Below are positions 43,609 to 56,366 of a stretch of 64,000 nt of DNA, one piece after another. Numbering within the stretch: the stretch's first letter is position 1; each line of letters begins with the position of its first letter. A model generated the notes under the pieces. That model searched no databases and was not told the DNA's origin. It saw only the letters and a list, made by a program, of their open reading frames with translations. Source of the DNA: the human T2T-CHM13v2.0 reference genome, Homo sapiens; assembly GCF_009914755.1 (NCBI RefSeq), contig NC_060945.1. One strand, given 5' to 3'. Both the position numbers and the translations under genes were made by a program.

Positions 43609-44138
43609 TGTTGTACCCAGGTGAGTTAGAGAAAACGCCATACTTTGAGACGAATTAAGAGTCTTTTATTAGCCGGCGACCGAGAGACGGCTAACGCTAA
43701 AAATTCTCTCAGCCCCGAAGAAGGGGCTAGATTTTCTTTTATACTTTGGTTTAGAAAGAGGAGCGGGGGTCTAGTTAAAACAATTTTACAGAAGTAAAGT
43801 AGGCAAAAAAGTTAAAAGGATAAATGGTTACAGAAAAGTAAACAGTTCCAGGTGCAGGGGCTTTAAGACTATTACAAGGTGATAGACACGAGGCTTTGGG
43901 CGTTATCAATCAGACGAATTCCTGGGAACTGCGGATATAGCTCGCCACAGTATCTTATCAGTTAACTGCATTCTTGGATGTGCTGGGAGTCAGCTTGCAC
44001 AAGTTAAGTCCTTGAGGAAGGGGCTGCCAGGGAAAGAGGCAAGATGGAGTCTGTCTGGCTCTCTTAGCTAAGGGAGAGTCCATTCAGGTGGAAACAAGCC
44101 TAAAAACAGGGTTAGTAAAAACAAGGTTGGGCATTACA
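43609..44138 (-). mobile_element. LTR6A/LTR6B (HERV-S71/HERV-T, ERV1) solo LTR
   Basis: minus strand begins tgtaatgcccaaccttgtttttactaaccctg; TG...CA ends; 4-bp TSD AGAC (43605-08, 44139-42). Confidence 0.85.
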
Positions 44139-44432
44139 AGACCAGGACAACAGCAGAATGGAGCGTGGACTCCGCAAACCAGGGTGTCTGCCTCCTCCAG
44201 AAACCAAGGGCCCCAGATTGTAGAGTCTGGGGTCTGCATAGACCTGCATGCTGGGCCATCCTGAGTGGGCCCTCCCTCAGCCCCCAGTGCTATTTCACTG
44301 ATGACAGGGAGAGTTGATGCGTTTCTGTTGCCCCGTTCAGAGGGCCAGGCAGAGAGAGGGCCTGATGGTTTCGGGTGTGCTGTTAACAGGCATGTTCCTC
44401 TTTCAGGAGTGTTAAAACAATACCACCATAAC

Positions 44433-44835
44433 CAACACCTCCATCACCAACAGAAACCAGGCAGGGCCAGCTGACCCCAGAGCAACACCTCCATCACCAA
44501 TAGAAACCAGGCGGGGCCAGCTGACCCCAGAGCAACACCTCCATCACCAACAGAAACCAGGCGGGGCCAGCTGACCCCAGAGCAACACCTCCATCACCAA
44601 CAGAAACCAGGCGGGGCCAGCTGACCCCAGAGCAACACCTCCATCACCAACAGAAACCAGGCGGGGCCAGCTGACCCCAGAGCAACACCTCCATCACCAA
44701 CAGAAACCAGGCGGGGCCAGCTGACCCCAGAGCAACACCTCCATCACCAACAGAAGCCAGGTGGGGCCAGCTGACCCCAGAGCAACACCTCCATCACCAA
44801 CAGAAACCAGGCAGGGCCAGCTGACCCCAGAGCAA
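44433..44835. repeat. 50-bp VNTR, 8 copies
   Basis: unit caacacctccatcaccaacagaaaccaggcggggccagctgaccccagag with very few variants. Confidence 0.98.
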
Positions 44836-46659
44836 TGGCCCTTCTGTACTCTCATTGGTTCCCTAGAGGGCCACTGGCAGGACAAGCCTATGCCTTGGCC
44901 ATGCTGCTCAGGTGCTGGTCTAAGGAGACCCTTCCTGTCCTGATGCCTGGCCCCATTTCCACTTTCTTCGAGGGCCACACACACAGAGGGGCCTGCTGAG
45001 CTACAGTTGCTGCTGTGCAACAACTCCACTCCTAGGGGATAGCGGGGGGCCATTAGGACACAGGTGCTGGTGCCACGGCAACTCGGTTTAGAGCATGTGG
45101 GCTTTGCAGTCAGGACATGCCCTGTCCTGTCCAGTCTTACCTGTGAAGGCCACACCTCTTCCTACCTGTTGGCATTGTCAGGACTAGTGAGGGGAGGAGG
45201 CCCTGGGGGAGGCTGATCAGCAGCCCCTTCCTGCTCCCGCTCTGCAGGGCCACACCAGCCCCACCCATGCCCACCATCACCTTCTGTAAGAGACCCTGGC
45301 CTGCTGCAGCAAACAAGTTAATTCCCTCCCAGAAGATAGGGAGGCCTCTCCCCACCACCTGCCCTGCATCCTCCTTCACAGACCAGCCTCCAGGAAGCGC
45401 CTCTTGTTGGAATCAGCCCCACTTTTAGAGTGTTAACACCTTTAATTAGGGACTCACCAGGGCGATGCCCTTGCAGTCAGGGAGTCCCGTGGGTGAGAGT
45501 GGGCTGCCCTGGGGAGCTGCAGGGAGTGGAGAGTGAGGCCACAGGGAGGGACGTGAGGCATGAGGGGAGGTGGACTCAACCTGTGGGCCCTGAGCCCCTC
45601 AGTAATGGCCCCTCAGGTTCTAGAAGGCTCACTCTGGCACAGTGAAGAGGGGGCAGATCTAGAAGGAGGAAGGAAGAGAAGAGGGAGGGAAACAGGCACT
45701 GCCTGAGTGCATTCTTTCTAAGAGGCCAGGGCAGGAGACCCTCCAATCCCTCGGGCACCAAAGGAATGAGTATCCCTGGCTCTGCATGTGGGGATCCAGG
45801 CTAGGGGAGGCCCGCGCCTCCACCACCATGGCACAGTTCCAGGAAGGCAGGCTGGGGATGTGGACCGGGGCTCTCTGACCCCCAGGCAGATTTTTGGGGG
45901 TTTACCAAGCTGCACTTTAGTATAAGGGAGTTTGTGGCATTTGAGTGCTGTGGCTGTGGCGACTGTGGGAGGAGGAACATTTCAGGGCACTGAGGACACG
46001 GAGTTCTTTCTCAGAAAGGTCCCTGCCTGTGCCGGGGCCTGGTGAAGGGCACAGCCCACGAGGCTTCTGCAACTCCTGCCGCTGGAGGGCCTGTATCCCA
46101 TTTCTTCCCAGCCCCACGGTCAGAGACACCATGCTGGTGGTGTGAAGGCGCCTGTGGTGGGCGGATTTACACCCCGGATTTTGGCAGCGCGAACTTCTCC
46201 ATGCTTGCACAGCTCTTTTGATCAAAGCCGCCTTTTTCTGGGATGCCACACAGCAGGTTGGCTCCTTGGAGCTGGATGTGAGATGGTTTCAGTAAGTGAC
46301 CTGTTGAGCACCGTGACTCTGATTTGTACAGAACGAAGCAGGGCCCGAAGCTGGACCTGGCAGATGTTGGAGGCCCCTGGAAATACTGGGAAGCGTGAAG
46401 GGCAGGAGATGCTCCTTCCTCTGTGGCGGGGCCTCCAGGTCACCCGAGTGTGGGTGACTCACACCTCAGCTACCCGGGGGTCTGCGCCTCGGAGTCCTAT
46501 CCCCCAGACAGTGGTAAAATGCCAGACATGTTTCCTCCTTTCTCCTCCCACTCAATAATGACTTATGCAAAAAAGGGAAGGGAAGCATGGACACACACGT
46601 GATATGACTTTCAGTGACTTTTTCAACTTTTTCAGTCCAGCATTTGGAATGCGATGACA

Positions 46660-47120
46660 ACTGGTGCATTATTTTAAGTTTTTAAAAATATAATTACAGA
46701 AATGAACACACGAGCCATACAGAAAATTTGGAAACACAGAAAAGAACAGGAGGAGGAAACGATCCCAAGCCTGCTGCTCACGAATAACCACCTTTCACAT
46801 GTTCTTTATCCAGGGCAGACATTTCACAAGAGGATGGCCACTGTGTCCAAGACATTTGTAGCACGATTTTACCACTCAGCAATGTATCCACAGCAGCTTT
46901 CATGCCTGTGAACATGACTCCACTGCATGCTTTTACGGCCACATGGCATTACCTCATACGCACATCAGCATTCATTGAGCAAGCTCTTGCCACTTAACTG
47001 TCAGTTGTTTCCAATTACTCATTATCATACATAATGCTGTGATGAACATCATACCGTACAAACACGACTGTGCACAAGTTGGATTATGCGCTGAGGATGA
47101 ATTCTGAGAAGTGGAACCCA
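46660..47120 (-). mobile_element. Ancient L1ME-like fragment
   Basis: gttgtttccaatt...ataatgctgtgatgaacatc...gaattctgagaagtggaa. Confidence 0.55.
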
Positions 47121-47689
47121 GCATCTTAGCTGTGCTCTGTTAACTCCAGTGACACCCCAGCTCTGCACAGGATCAACCTCCTGGCAAACTCAGCCTCGTT
47201 AGGCAAGTCCAGGACCCCCAGAGGACCAGGAGACTCCCCAAAACTTCCTGTCCCCGCATGCTGATGACCAGGGGCCCTTTGGTGAGAACCTCCTGTCCCG
47301 ACCAGGCGAAGAGGCCCCGAGGAAGGAGGAGGGAGACAGGAGCGACTCCTCCTCAGCCCACCCAGTCCTCAGCCCTGGGAGCCTTGGGTTTTGTTGCTCA
47401 AACACAAAGCTCCCCTGTTGCCTCACTGGACCATGACTAGCAGTGTTGCCAGGAGCTGAGCAGTTCTGTTTTATTGTTTGCATTGAGTTAGGGACGAAGG
47501 AGATTTGTGACTTTCTACCAAGTTGGACTTGTTCAGCGTTCTCAGGGCACTCAGTCAGCTGGCCAGCTCCAAGGGATGGAGGGGCTTCCCGGCAGTAGCC
47601 AGTTAAGATGCAAACCTTTCACTTAAAAACACGCCTCTGGTGATTAGGCAACTATTTTTAGAAGCCAGTTTTGGGGGGATTGTTTCTAT

Positions 47690-47950
47690 TTAAATAGGCT
47701 TTTAGTTTAGAATAGTTTTAGATTTGCAGGGAAGTTGCAAAGATAATGCAGAAAGGTCCTGTACCCCCCAACCCAGCTTCCCCTAACGTTAGCATCTTAC
47801 AGCTCTCGGGACTACTTGTCCTAAGGAACTGACACTGGGCATTGTCGGGAAACTCCATAGTTTATTTGGATTCCCCTGTTTTCCCCTGAATGTCTTTTTC
47901 TGTCCCAGGAGCCCACCTTCCATTTAGTCCGCATGTCTGCTTAACCCTGA
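47690..47950 (-). mobile_element. L1M (MC/MB-like) 3' end fragment
   Basis: tagaatagttttagattt...cccagcttcccctaacgttagcatcttac. Confidence 0.65.
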
Positions 47951-49659
47951 GGCCTTTGCTTTTTGCACTGGGAGACAAAGCAGAGACCTTCGGATTCTCA
48001 GCAAGCCTCCACCAGGCTCCTGGCGTTGCCCTCCTCGAGCTGCACCCAACGTTCATTTTTCATGCACGGCCATCGGTAGAGCTGCCTGGATGATGAGGAG
48101 ATGAAGAGTGAGTCAGGGACAACGCAGGAAAGAGAGTGCGGCTGAGAGGAATGCCCACAGCAAGGCCGGGCGCCAGGCAGACAGGGCTGGGTGAGGAGAG
48201 CGGGGATGCAGGCTCTCTGCATATTCCGTGACTCTGGCTGCCCCTGCTCTGGCCAGCTGAGCAGTGTCCTTGGTGATGTGGTCCCAGCAGAAGCCAGGGC
48301 CGCCACCTCTTTCTTCGTTGCAGAGTGCTCTGCAGAGAACTTGGGGGACCCGAGAGGCCAGTCCCTGGGACTGCAGCCTGCTGAGGCTGCCCTTCCGCTT
48401 GGCCAATCCCACGAGTTTTCCCCACCCTCGCGGGGGTGAGTCCAGGACCCAGTTACCAGCTGGCCTCCTCTAGTCTTCTGGGCTCTGAGAGGTCTTGAGC
48501 TGTGCTCCTAAACATCCCCGGGCCATAGACACACAAAGCTTGCCATGTATCTGGGCATGAACTGGACAGCTCTGAGTAAAGCCCCAGGGGGGCATGGCAC
48601 CCACCGTCAGGGTGGCTGGCTATGGAGGCCACAGAGCTGGGCAAGCCTTCTCTGGGGCCCAGCACTGGGGTCCCTCCTCCCTCTGTGTCCTCCTCATGGC
48701 TGCCCTCAGCCTCGTCCTGGAGCTCCCATCTTCTCAGCTTCCTTCCGTCCTGGGAGATGGGGTCATCTCCTGCCCTGGGCCCACCTCTGCCGTCTTGGCA
48801 AAGGCACACTGCAGGCTCTGCAGCATCGGGCACACGCTCTGCTGTCTCCTGACCCCTGGGGTTCGGTTTCTTCTCCTTGCCCTCCTCTTGTGCTTCTTGG
48901 AGCCCTGAGCATCAGCCTCCGGACTCCTGACAGCTTCCCTTTGGGTGGATTCTCAGACTCCTGCAGTGCTTTCTGAGACCTCTATAAGCCCTTTTCTGGA
49001 AAGCCCACCGTGGCCTCCCCCTGCAGCCTTGGCTGAGGTCTGGTCCCCAGGACCAGCACACCTCCCATGGGGACCCCACCGGGTTGGCCTCTTGCCTTCC
49101 TCATCTTTGCCTCCTGCAGAGGCTGGCCGCGTTTCTGTGTCTAGAGCTGCATCGGAGCTGCACTCACACTGTGAAGGGCTGGGGAGCTGTGCAGCCAACA
49201 GCCAGCGGGCTGGCCTCAGGGGCCACCTCCAGTGCCACTCTGCCATGCGTCTCCACATGGGCGAGCAGTGGACATGTCCGACTTCACATTTGCACTGCCA
49301 CACTCCTGGTCTACACCAGGCCGTTCTTCCCGCAGCTTTCCCCAGCTCAGGAATGAAGCCCCAGGGATGCCAGACCCGAAGCCTGGGAGCCTTCCTGAAG
49401 CTTCTTCTTCTCTTACACCCCATCCCGTCTGTCAGCACATCCTGTGGACGCCCCCACCTGATCTCCCCAGGGACCCATGCTGCACTCACCTGCACTGTCA
49501 CCTAGGTCGGCCCCCACCACACCCCACACCAGGCCTGTACCTCGCCTTGTGGGCGCCAGGGCTGATGTCTGCAGAGCTGCTCCGAGCTCCCCTCTGCCCA
49601 GCCTAGGCATGAGCCCCTCTCCAGAGTGTCCTTCCAATCCCCCACACTGCTTCATTCCC

Positions 49660-49820
49660 TGAGGCTCTCACCCCATCTGAATATCTGTAGATCTCCTTGC
49701 ACTATTGTTCCCCCACTGGAATATAAGTTCCCTGAAGGCTGGGCCCTGGGCACCCGGCATTGTGCCCGGCACATAGCAGGTGCTCAACAAATATTGAATG
49801 AATGAATGAATGAATGAATG
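49660..49820 (+). mobile_element. L2 3' end with (TGAA)n tail
   Basis: ggcacatagcaggtgctcaacaaatattgaatgaatg. Confidence 0.8.
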
Positions 49821-50147
49821 AGCTATCAGGACTTGAAGCAGCAAGGGGCCCTTTCAGGGGGTGGTGGAGCCCCCTGGACCTGGACTTCTGAGGCCTAGAG
49901 GAAACAGAGACACCTAGGACCCCAGCTGAAGCTGCCCTGGAAGGACAGATGGGCAGAGGATATGAAAACCAAAGCCAATGGCCCTCCAATGGGGTGGGTG
50001 TCTGCCCAGGCATGGGGATGGGCCCCGAACAGGCCACAGACCTACAGGCAGAATTCAGCACCAGGAAGCACCGACGTGAGGTCCCCGTGCAGCAAATCAG
50101 GTTTGTCTTTTATCGCCAGTATCATTAATTGTATCATTTTCTCCCAG

Positions 50148-50309
50148 CCCTGAATCAGTCCGGGCAGTTCACGTCAAGACCCGGGGCCTGCCCCGCAGAG
50201 GGGCCTGAACCATCCACCTCCCCCTGCAGCTTGGACATCGACTGTCCTGGACTTGAGAAGTGCTGCCCCTGGTCAGGGGGGCGCTACTGCATGGCCCCTG
50301 CACCCCAAG
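50148..50309 (+). CDS. UMODL1: UMODL1 coding exon 3 (WAP-like domain, aa 107-161)
   Basis: acceptor ttttctcccag|CC, donor CAAG|GTAGGC, 162 nt, phase 1-1; RPGACP...CSLDIDCPGLEKCCPWSGGRYC. Confidence 0.96.
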
Positions 50310-50779
50310 GTAGGCTGCTGCGGGCCATGCTTATGGACAGGCAGCAAAGGCGGGTCTCGGTGAGGCCTGATCTGTGTGAAGGTGTGGGGGGGAGTGTGTT
50401 TCTAGGAGCAGTGACCGATTTCATCAGGAGCCCCCACCGTGTGCACAGGCAGCACCTGCTCTTAGATAATTTCTTAGTCAAAATCTGGCCACTGAACTCT
50501 CGGGGGAGAAATCTCATGGCGCTCTTAGGGGCCCTGAAATGGGAAGACACTTCTGGTGGAGCAGAGACCCGGATTTCCCAGTTTGCCTGGAGAGGCCAGG
50601 AGCTCCAGGTAGATTAGTTGCAGGTGTGGAGCTGGCTGTGCCTGCAGTGCCACAGGGGCCTGACGAGCGCCACAGCACCCGTAGGCAGGCCCTGCCACCT
50701 CAGATATGCGCCTGCTGGTCTGGAAAGTTCTCTTTTGATTGGGGTCTGCATCCAGGAGAATGGGAGAATGGGATGGCCT

Positions 50780-51045
50780 ATACATATATATATATGTATA
50801 ATGTTACATATTATTTAATATTTAAAATATTATATATTATAGCGTTAGTATGGTATGCAGTAATAAAGCAATAGTATACATAATATCAGATATTATTATA
50901 TGATAATACTATATCATTATACTACATGCTATTATATAGTATATATCATATTACATATGATTATACTATCCAATATTTGTAGTATCAATAAAATAATGAC
51001 AAAGTATAAAGTAATTTTCTATATCAACATACTATGACAGTATAA
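50780..51045. repeat. AT-rich low-complexity tract
   Basis: direct inspection. Confidence 0.85.
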
Positions 51046-51359
51046 TGAGGCTGATAGGCTCTATTTACCTCCTAAGCAGATCTCTTCAAGGGAAGGCCTG
51101 CTGCTGTGGGTCCCAGGCCCAGCTCACCTCTGAGCAGGGATCGGTGGTCTTCAGGGACATTAGGATGGAGAGGAGCGAGGGGCGGGCAGTGAGGACATCC
51201 CCCGTCTCCTGTGGTAGATGTCTTTTTGCAGGGAGGTAAATGCAGAGCAGGGCCTCTCATGGCCTCTGGTTCCCTCTCCTGCCCCCTCTCCCACCCCAGC
51301 AGCTTTTGTGACTTCAACCTGTCCTGGGTCCATAATCATCAGTGTTTTCCCTTGTGTAG

Positions 51360-51481
51360 CTCCAGAGAGGGACCCTGTGGGCTCCTGGTACAACGTCACC
51401 ATACTGGTGAAAATGGACTTCAAGGAACTCCAGCAAGTGGACCCCAGGCTCCTGAACCACATGCGCCTTCTGCATTCCTTG
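51360..51481 (+). CDS. UMODL1: UMODL1 coding exon 4 (aa 161-201)
   Basis: acceptor ttttcccttgtgtag|CT, donor TTG|GTAGGT, 122 nt, phase 1-0; APERDPVGSWYNVTILVKMDF...LLHSL in frame with exons 3 and 5. Confidence 0.93.
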
Positions 51482-51924
51482 GTAGGTGAGACAGACGGGG
51501 GCTGCCTGCACCCTCCTTGTGGCAGCTGCTCAGGCAGACCCAGGTATGGGGCCGTGGAAGGGACCTGGGGGTTGGGGAGGGTGATGTTCCCCAAATGGCC
51601 CCAAATGACTGACTCTGAACGAAATTCTAGTTCTTAAAAAATCAGCTTCAAAGAGGTATGATTTACATGCAACAAAATGCACACAACTGAAGCGTGTAGT
51701 TGGCTGAGTTGTTATGTGTGTACCCTCATAGGCCCGCCTGTCGTGGTGGAGAACGCGGATCCCTAAGCTTGCAGGGGTCTGCAGTCCCAGCAAAGACAGC
51801 CTAAGCCCCGAGCTCTTCCCTCACCACCCTCAGTCCCAATTTCTTCAAGTTCTGGCTCCTGCTTCGTGGAAGCCAGCACCAACCTGGGAGTGCTGAGATG
51901 GGAACCGTAGCCCAGGGCTGGAGA

Positions 51925-52050
51925 GCACCCTGGGGTCTGATGGTTAGCAGCGCCCCTGGCCTCTCCACACAAGTCAGAAGCACACCCCAGGGTGGCATCC
52001 AAAACTGTCTCCAGACGTCGCCCACTGTCCCCTGGGGATAAAAACAAACA
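51925..52050. mobile_element. MER20 fragment
   Basis: ggttagcagcgcccctggcctct...aaaactgtctccagacgtcgcc...tgtcccctgggg. Confidence 0.65.
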
Positions 52051-52752
52051 CCCTGGCTGACCCTTGCTGATGACACAGGTCATGCTTTCTGGCCCATCAG
52101 CAGTGATTACCAACCAGGATGTCTTCTCCAGCTCAGGCCACCATCAGTCTCGGGAATCCCAGTGTGGACAGGGCGCTGCGTGTCCCCAAGGCTGCCGCGT
52201 GTCCCCAAGGCCGCCCTCCCTGGGGGATGGTCTGGCTTCAGGACCGGCTGCTGACAGGGGCTTGTGCTCAGAGGGGCCTCAGCTTGGTCTAATGTGCTGC
52301 TGTTGCCTCTGGAAATGCCGAACACTTTTCAGACAAGGGGCCCCGCATTTTCCTTTGGCATCTGTGTAGCTGTTCTGTGCTTCAGATCTTTTGTGTGTCC
52401 CATATGTCCCTGGGTGTCTTGGTGTCAAACCCAGGGTTGGGTCGCTCCTTGGCCGTTAGACTAAGCTGGCTGGCAGCCCAGATCAGATGGTGCACACCTC
52501 ATGTTGTTCTGGGCTGCTGGCCAGTGAGCTGCTAGACAGGTAGTCTGCAGCCTCGGCCTTAACAGCCCGGGCTAGGAGTGATTCCTGTTTCCTCTTAGCT
52601 TGTTAAGGGGACTGCCCAATTGGCCAGTAAGAAACTAGCTCTGAAGCCACACTGCCTGGCCCTAGTGTTGCCACTCATCAGCTGTGTGACCTTGGGTAAG
52701 TCACTTAACCTCTCTGTGCCTGAGATACCTCCTCCATTAAACATAAATAATC

Positions 52753-53060
<308 letters not shown>

Positions 53061-53768
53061 GAAATAATCATAACCCTGCCTGAGACAGGGCCATGAGCTT
53101 AAATCATACATGTAAAGAGCTTGAGATGGTTCCTGAGCTTCCTGATGCGTGTGGGGCCTGAGATGTTGTGGTTGTTGTGTTTTCAATATTGCTGCGTGAC
53201 ACCTGCTGTCTCCTCGTGCATGTAGGTTTCATGTCTCCAACCAGCCCATTACCCCCTGCAGAAGCGCCTGCCTTGCACAGGGGTCAGGCACCAGCAGGGG
53301 CTGGTCTCTGAGGCCTGCTTCTGCTGCTGAATAAGGGGTTCCGATGAGGTCGGGGCTGGTTCCCAGTTCTGTATGCTAAATTATGAGCTGCATCTCCTCC
53401 CAGGAAGGGGCTTCAAGTGTGTATCGGAGGACTCCTGCTCTCCCCAAACCTCCTTTGGAGTTCCCAGTGGAGGCTTGGGGGTTTGCTGGCAAAGTTTGTT
53501 CTGGTGACCACTGGTCTGGCTGTGCAGCTGCCAGTTCACCTGGCTTCCCAAGGGTTGAGATTTCAAGATATTAAGCTGAAATAAAAATACTGCATATGAA
53601 ATGAGGAAAGTGATCATTAAACCTCAGAAAAATAATTGGATGTGTACAACAGGAGACCGTGGCTTTTGATCTCTAATTGTCTAATTCTAGTTCTAATTCT
53701 CTGTTGTCAGCTGCAAGAGACCTGCAGTCTTGGCAAGGGCAGAAGACCGAGGGTCCTGGGTCTGGCTG

Positions 53769-54154
53769 CTGTATTAGTGTCCTGGGGCCACTGTAACCAA
53801 GGACCACAGACTGGGGGCTTCAAACAACAGAAACTTATTCTGTCACAGTTCTGGGGGCTGAAGAGTCTGAAATCAAGGTGTCGGCAGGGCTGGTTCCTCC
53901 TGAGGCCCCCAGGCCTCTCTCCTTGGCCTGCAGACGGCTGTCTTCTCTGTCTCTTCACACTGTCTTCCCCCATTCATGTCTGTTTCTGTGTCCAAATTTC
54001 CCCTTTTTGTGAGGGCACCAGCCATATTGGATTAGAACCCACCTTCACTAATTATATCTGCAGTAACCCTATTTCCAAATAAGGTCACATTCTGAGGTAC
54101 TGGAGGTTAGGACTTCAACATATGGATTTTAGGGGACAGAATTCAGCTTATCAC
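53769..54154 (-). mobile_element. MLT1B/C-like LTR
   Basis: tgtattagt...ccctatttccaaataaggtcacattctgaggtactgg. Confidence 0.88.
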
Positions 54155-54362
54155 AACTGGTACTGAAAGGTACTGATAGTTCCGGTTTGTAGGACTTCTA
54201 TTGGGATAGTGATGGATAGATAAGTACTGTAGAGGTTCTTTGCTGAAGAGCAGAATGGTACGTGTGTGTGGACAGTTCATTTCAGCTCTGCGGGCCTCAG
54301 TCTCCTCGTCTGTCTGACGGGGTGTCCTTCTGCTGTGTGACACTCTGATTCTGCCTTCACAG

Positions 54363-54549
54363 GTCACCAGCGCCCTGCAACCAATGGCCTCCACCGTCCA
54401 CCACCTGCACTCAGCCCCTGGGAACGCCTCCACCACAGTGTCGCGGCTGCTACTGGGCCTGCCACGGCCACTGCCTGTGGCTGACGTCTCCACCCTGCTG
54501 GGTGACATTGCGAAGCGTGTCTATGAAGTGATCAGCGTCCAGGTGCAAG
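54363..54549 (+). CDS. UMODL1: UMODL1 coding exon 5 (aa 202-264)
   Basis: acceptor ctgccttcacag|GTC, donor CAAG|GTTGGG, 187 nt, phase 0-1; VTSALQPMASTVHH...VYEVISVQVQ. Confidence 0.93.
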
Positions 54550-55107
54550 GTTGGGCTTCCCTCAATCCTCCCTCTGGGGAGGCTGCAGGGTGGTGCCTGA
54601 ACAGCCAAAATGCAAGGTGGACGCTAAAGCCAGACCAGTCCTTTGTCTTTTAAAGGAGGTTTAAGTTCAGGAGCAAAAGAATAACTGGTTCAAGTGTGTT
54701 CATCCCACAGGTGTGGGACCCATCTTCAGCTCACCCTGTAAATTCCAAGTCCCCAAGTGCAGACCTCTAGAACTTATTTTGCCCCCCATTTCCCGCCCCT
54801 CTCCTCTTCCCTCCATCTCTCCTCGGATCCCTCTGGCCTCCTGCCCCCTCGGCAGGCTTCTCCTTCCATCCTAGTGGACACTGGAGTGCAAATCCCAGAG
54901 CCACACACAAAGAACTTGTTTCTTCATTTCTTTGGTTTCCTAAATTTCCCTCTCGCCTCTTTCCCACCCTTGCCAAGGACATCCTTGTACTCCAAAGGCT
55001 CCTTCAGCACAATTTGTCTAAAGTTGAATTTGTATCTGGCAAAGCACATAGACGTGGCCTTGTTTCTGGAAGAAATTACCTATTCTTTGTTGTTGTTGTT
55101 CTATGTC

Positions 55108-55300
55108 AGGAATTGGCAAGCCTCATCTAAAAGGGATCAGATAGTAAATATTTTTGGCTTTGCGGGCCCACGTGGTCTCTGTCTCAACGACTCAGCCCTG
55201 CTGTTGTAGTAGTCACAGACAGTCCGCAAGCAAACCCCTGGGCTCCCGTACGGCTTCCTGTACCCAAGCAGGAGGCAGCCAGGCTAGTCTGCTGCTCCCA
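55108..55300. mobile_element. MER58-like hAT MITE
   Basis: aagggatcagatagtaaatatttttggctttgcgggcc. Confidence 0.7.
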
Positions 55301-56366
55301 GGGCTTTGCAGGAGGGTGGCTGCCTTGGTGAAGCCTCTTCTATGACACTGAGGAGGCACGTGACAATGCCAGGGCTCAGAGCCGTGTGAAAGCTCTAGTG
55401 ATTGCATTGATCTCCCTTCAGATCCGCACATGTTCTGCAGAACCAAGCTGCATTGCTCTAGTGCCATTAAGCAAAGTGCTCGTTCTGTCATCTGCTCTGT
55501 CAATGACCTTTGGCCAGAGGTTGCAGGAGCACACCTGTGGGTGGACCAGTTGAGTTTATTATTCGAGGCAGCGAGGGAGAACCCACACCATGGAGAACCA
55601 TGTGGTTTCTCAGTAGGAGATTGTTAGAAAGAACCTGTTATAGGATGTGGGTTTTGATTGGGTGGTTTGGGGAGGGTCTAGGGAAGTGTGATTTTGTTCT
55701 GAATTGAATGCCATCAGAAAATGGAGGCAACTCCACGACTGGGAATGTCAATACATCTAAGCAAAAGAGATGGGAACAATTGCATAAAGATAAGCCATAG
55801 TTTGTAAAGAACTAATAATCACTCATTTGGGCCAAGGGAGGGGCATTAGTATTTTGTGGGTGACACATGAGCTTATCGCGCTGTCTGTACTTAGACAGCA
55901 TTATGAAGAGGCCCTGTCTGAGGCTGGTTGCTGTGAGATGGTTCTGTTTGGGAGGCCTGGGCCAGCCTCAGAACGTCAGGGGTGGCTCTGGGTTTCCTTG
56001 TTGGCGCAGAAAACACCCACTGATTTACTTTACGCTTGGGGTGGGATGTTTTGGCCCCACCTTTTCATGACCACTCAGACTCAGTCCAGCCCAGAGTGAT
56101 TTGCTCACGTGAGGCTGCCCGGTGAGCCAGCCGCGAGCCCTGCCTGAACGTGGGCTGCTGCTTGGATGACGATGGCCAGCAGCCGCACAGGGCCTTCTAA
56201 GACGAGACTTCCATAGTCTCCCTTGGGATCACTGCCCAAGGCACCCCTCAACCGACGTGGCACAAATCCGTGGCACGAGTCCACAGAGGCCGTGTGTGTG
56301 CAGGTAGATGAAGATGACGAGGTAGCTGCGACTGCTGAGTGTGGGTCCTGCTCTCCTTCCCTGTAG

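Noticed and set aside
44433-44835. Regular repeat array superficially like CRISPR
   Set aside because: Head-to-tail units without unique spacers, in eukaryotic DNA; an ordinary VNTR.
48545-49655. Cluster of long overlapping ORFs in intron 2
   Set aside because: Open in several frames on both strands because of high GC content; no homology recognised.
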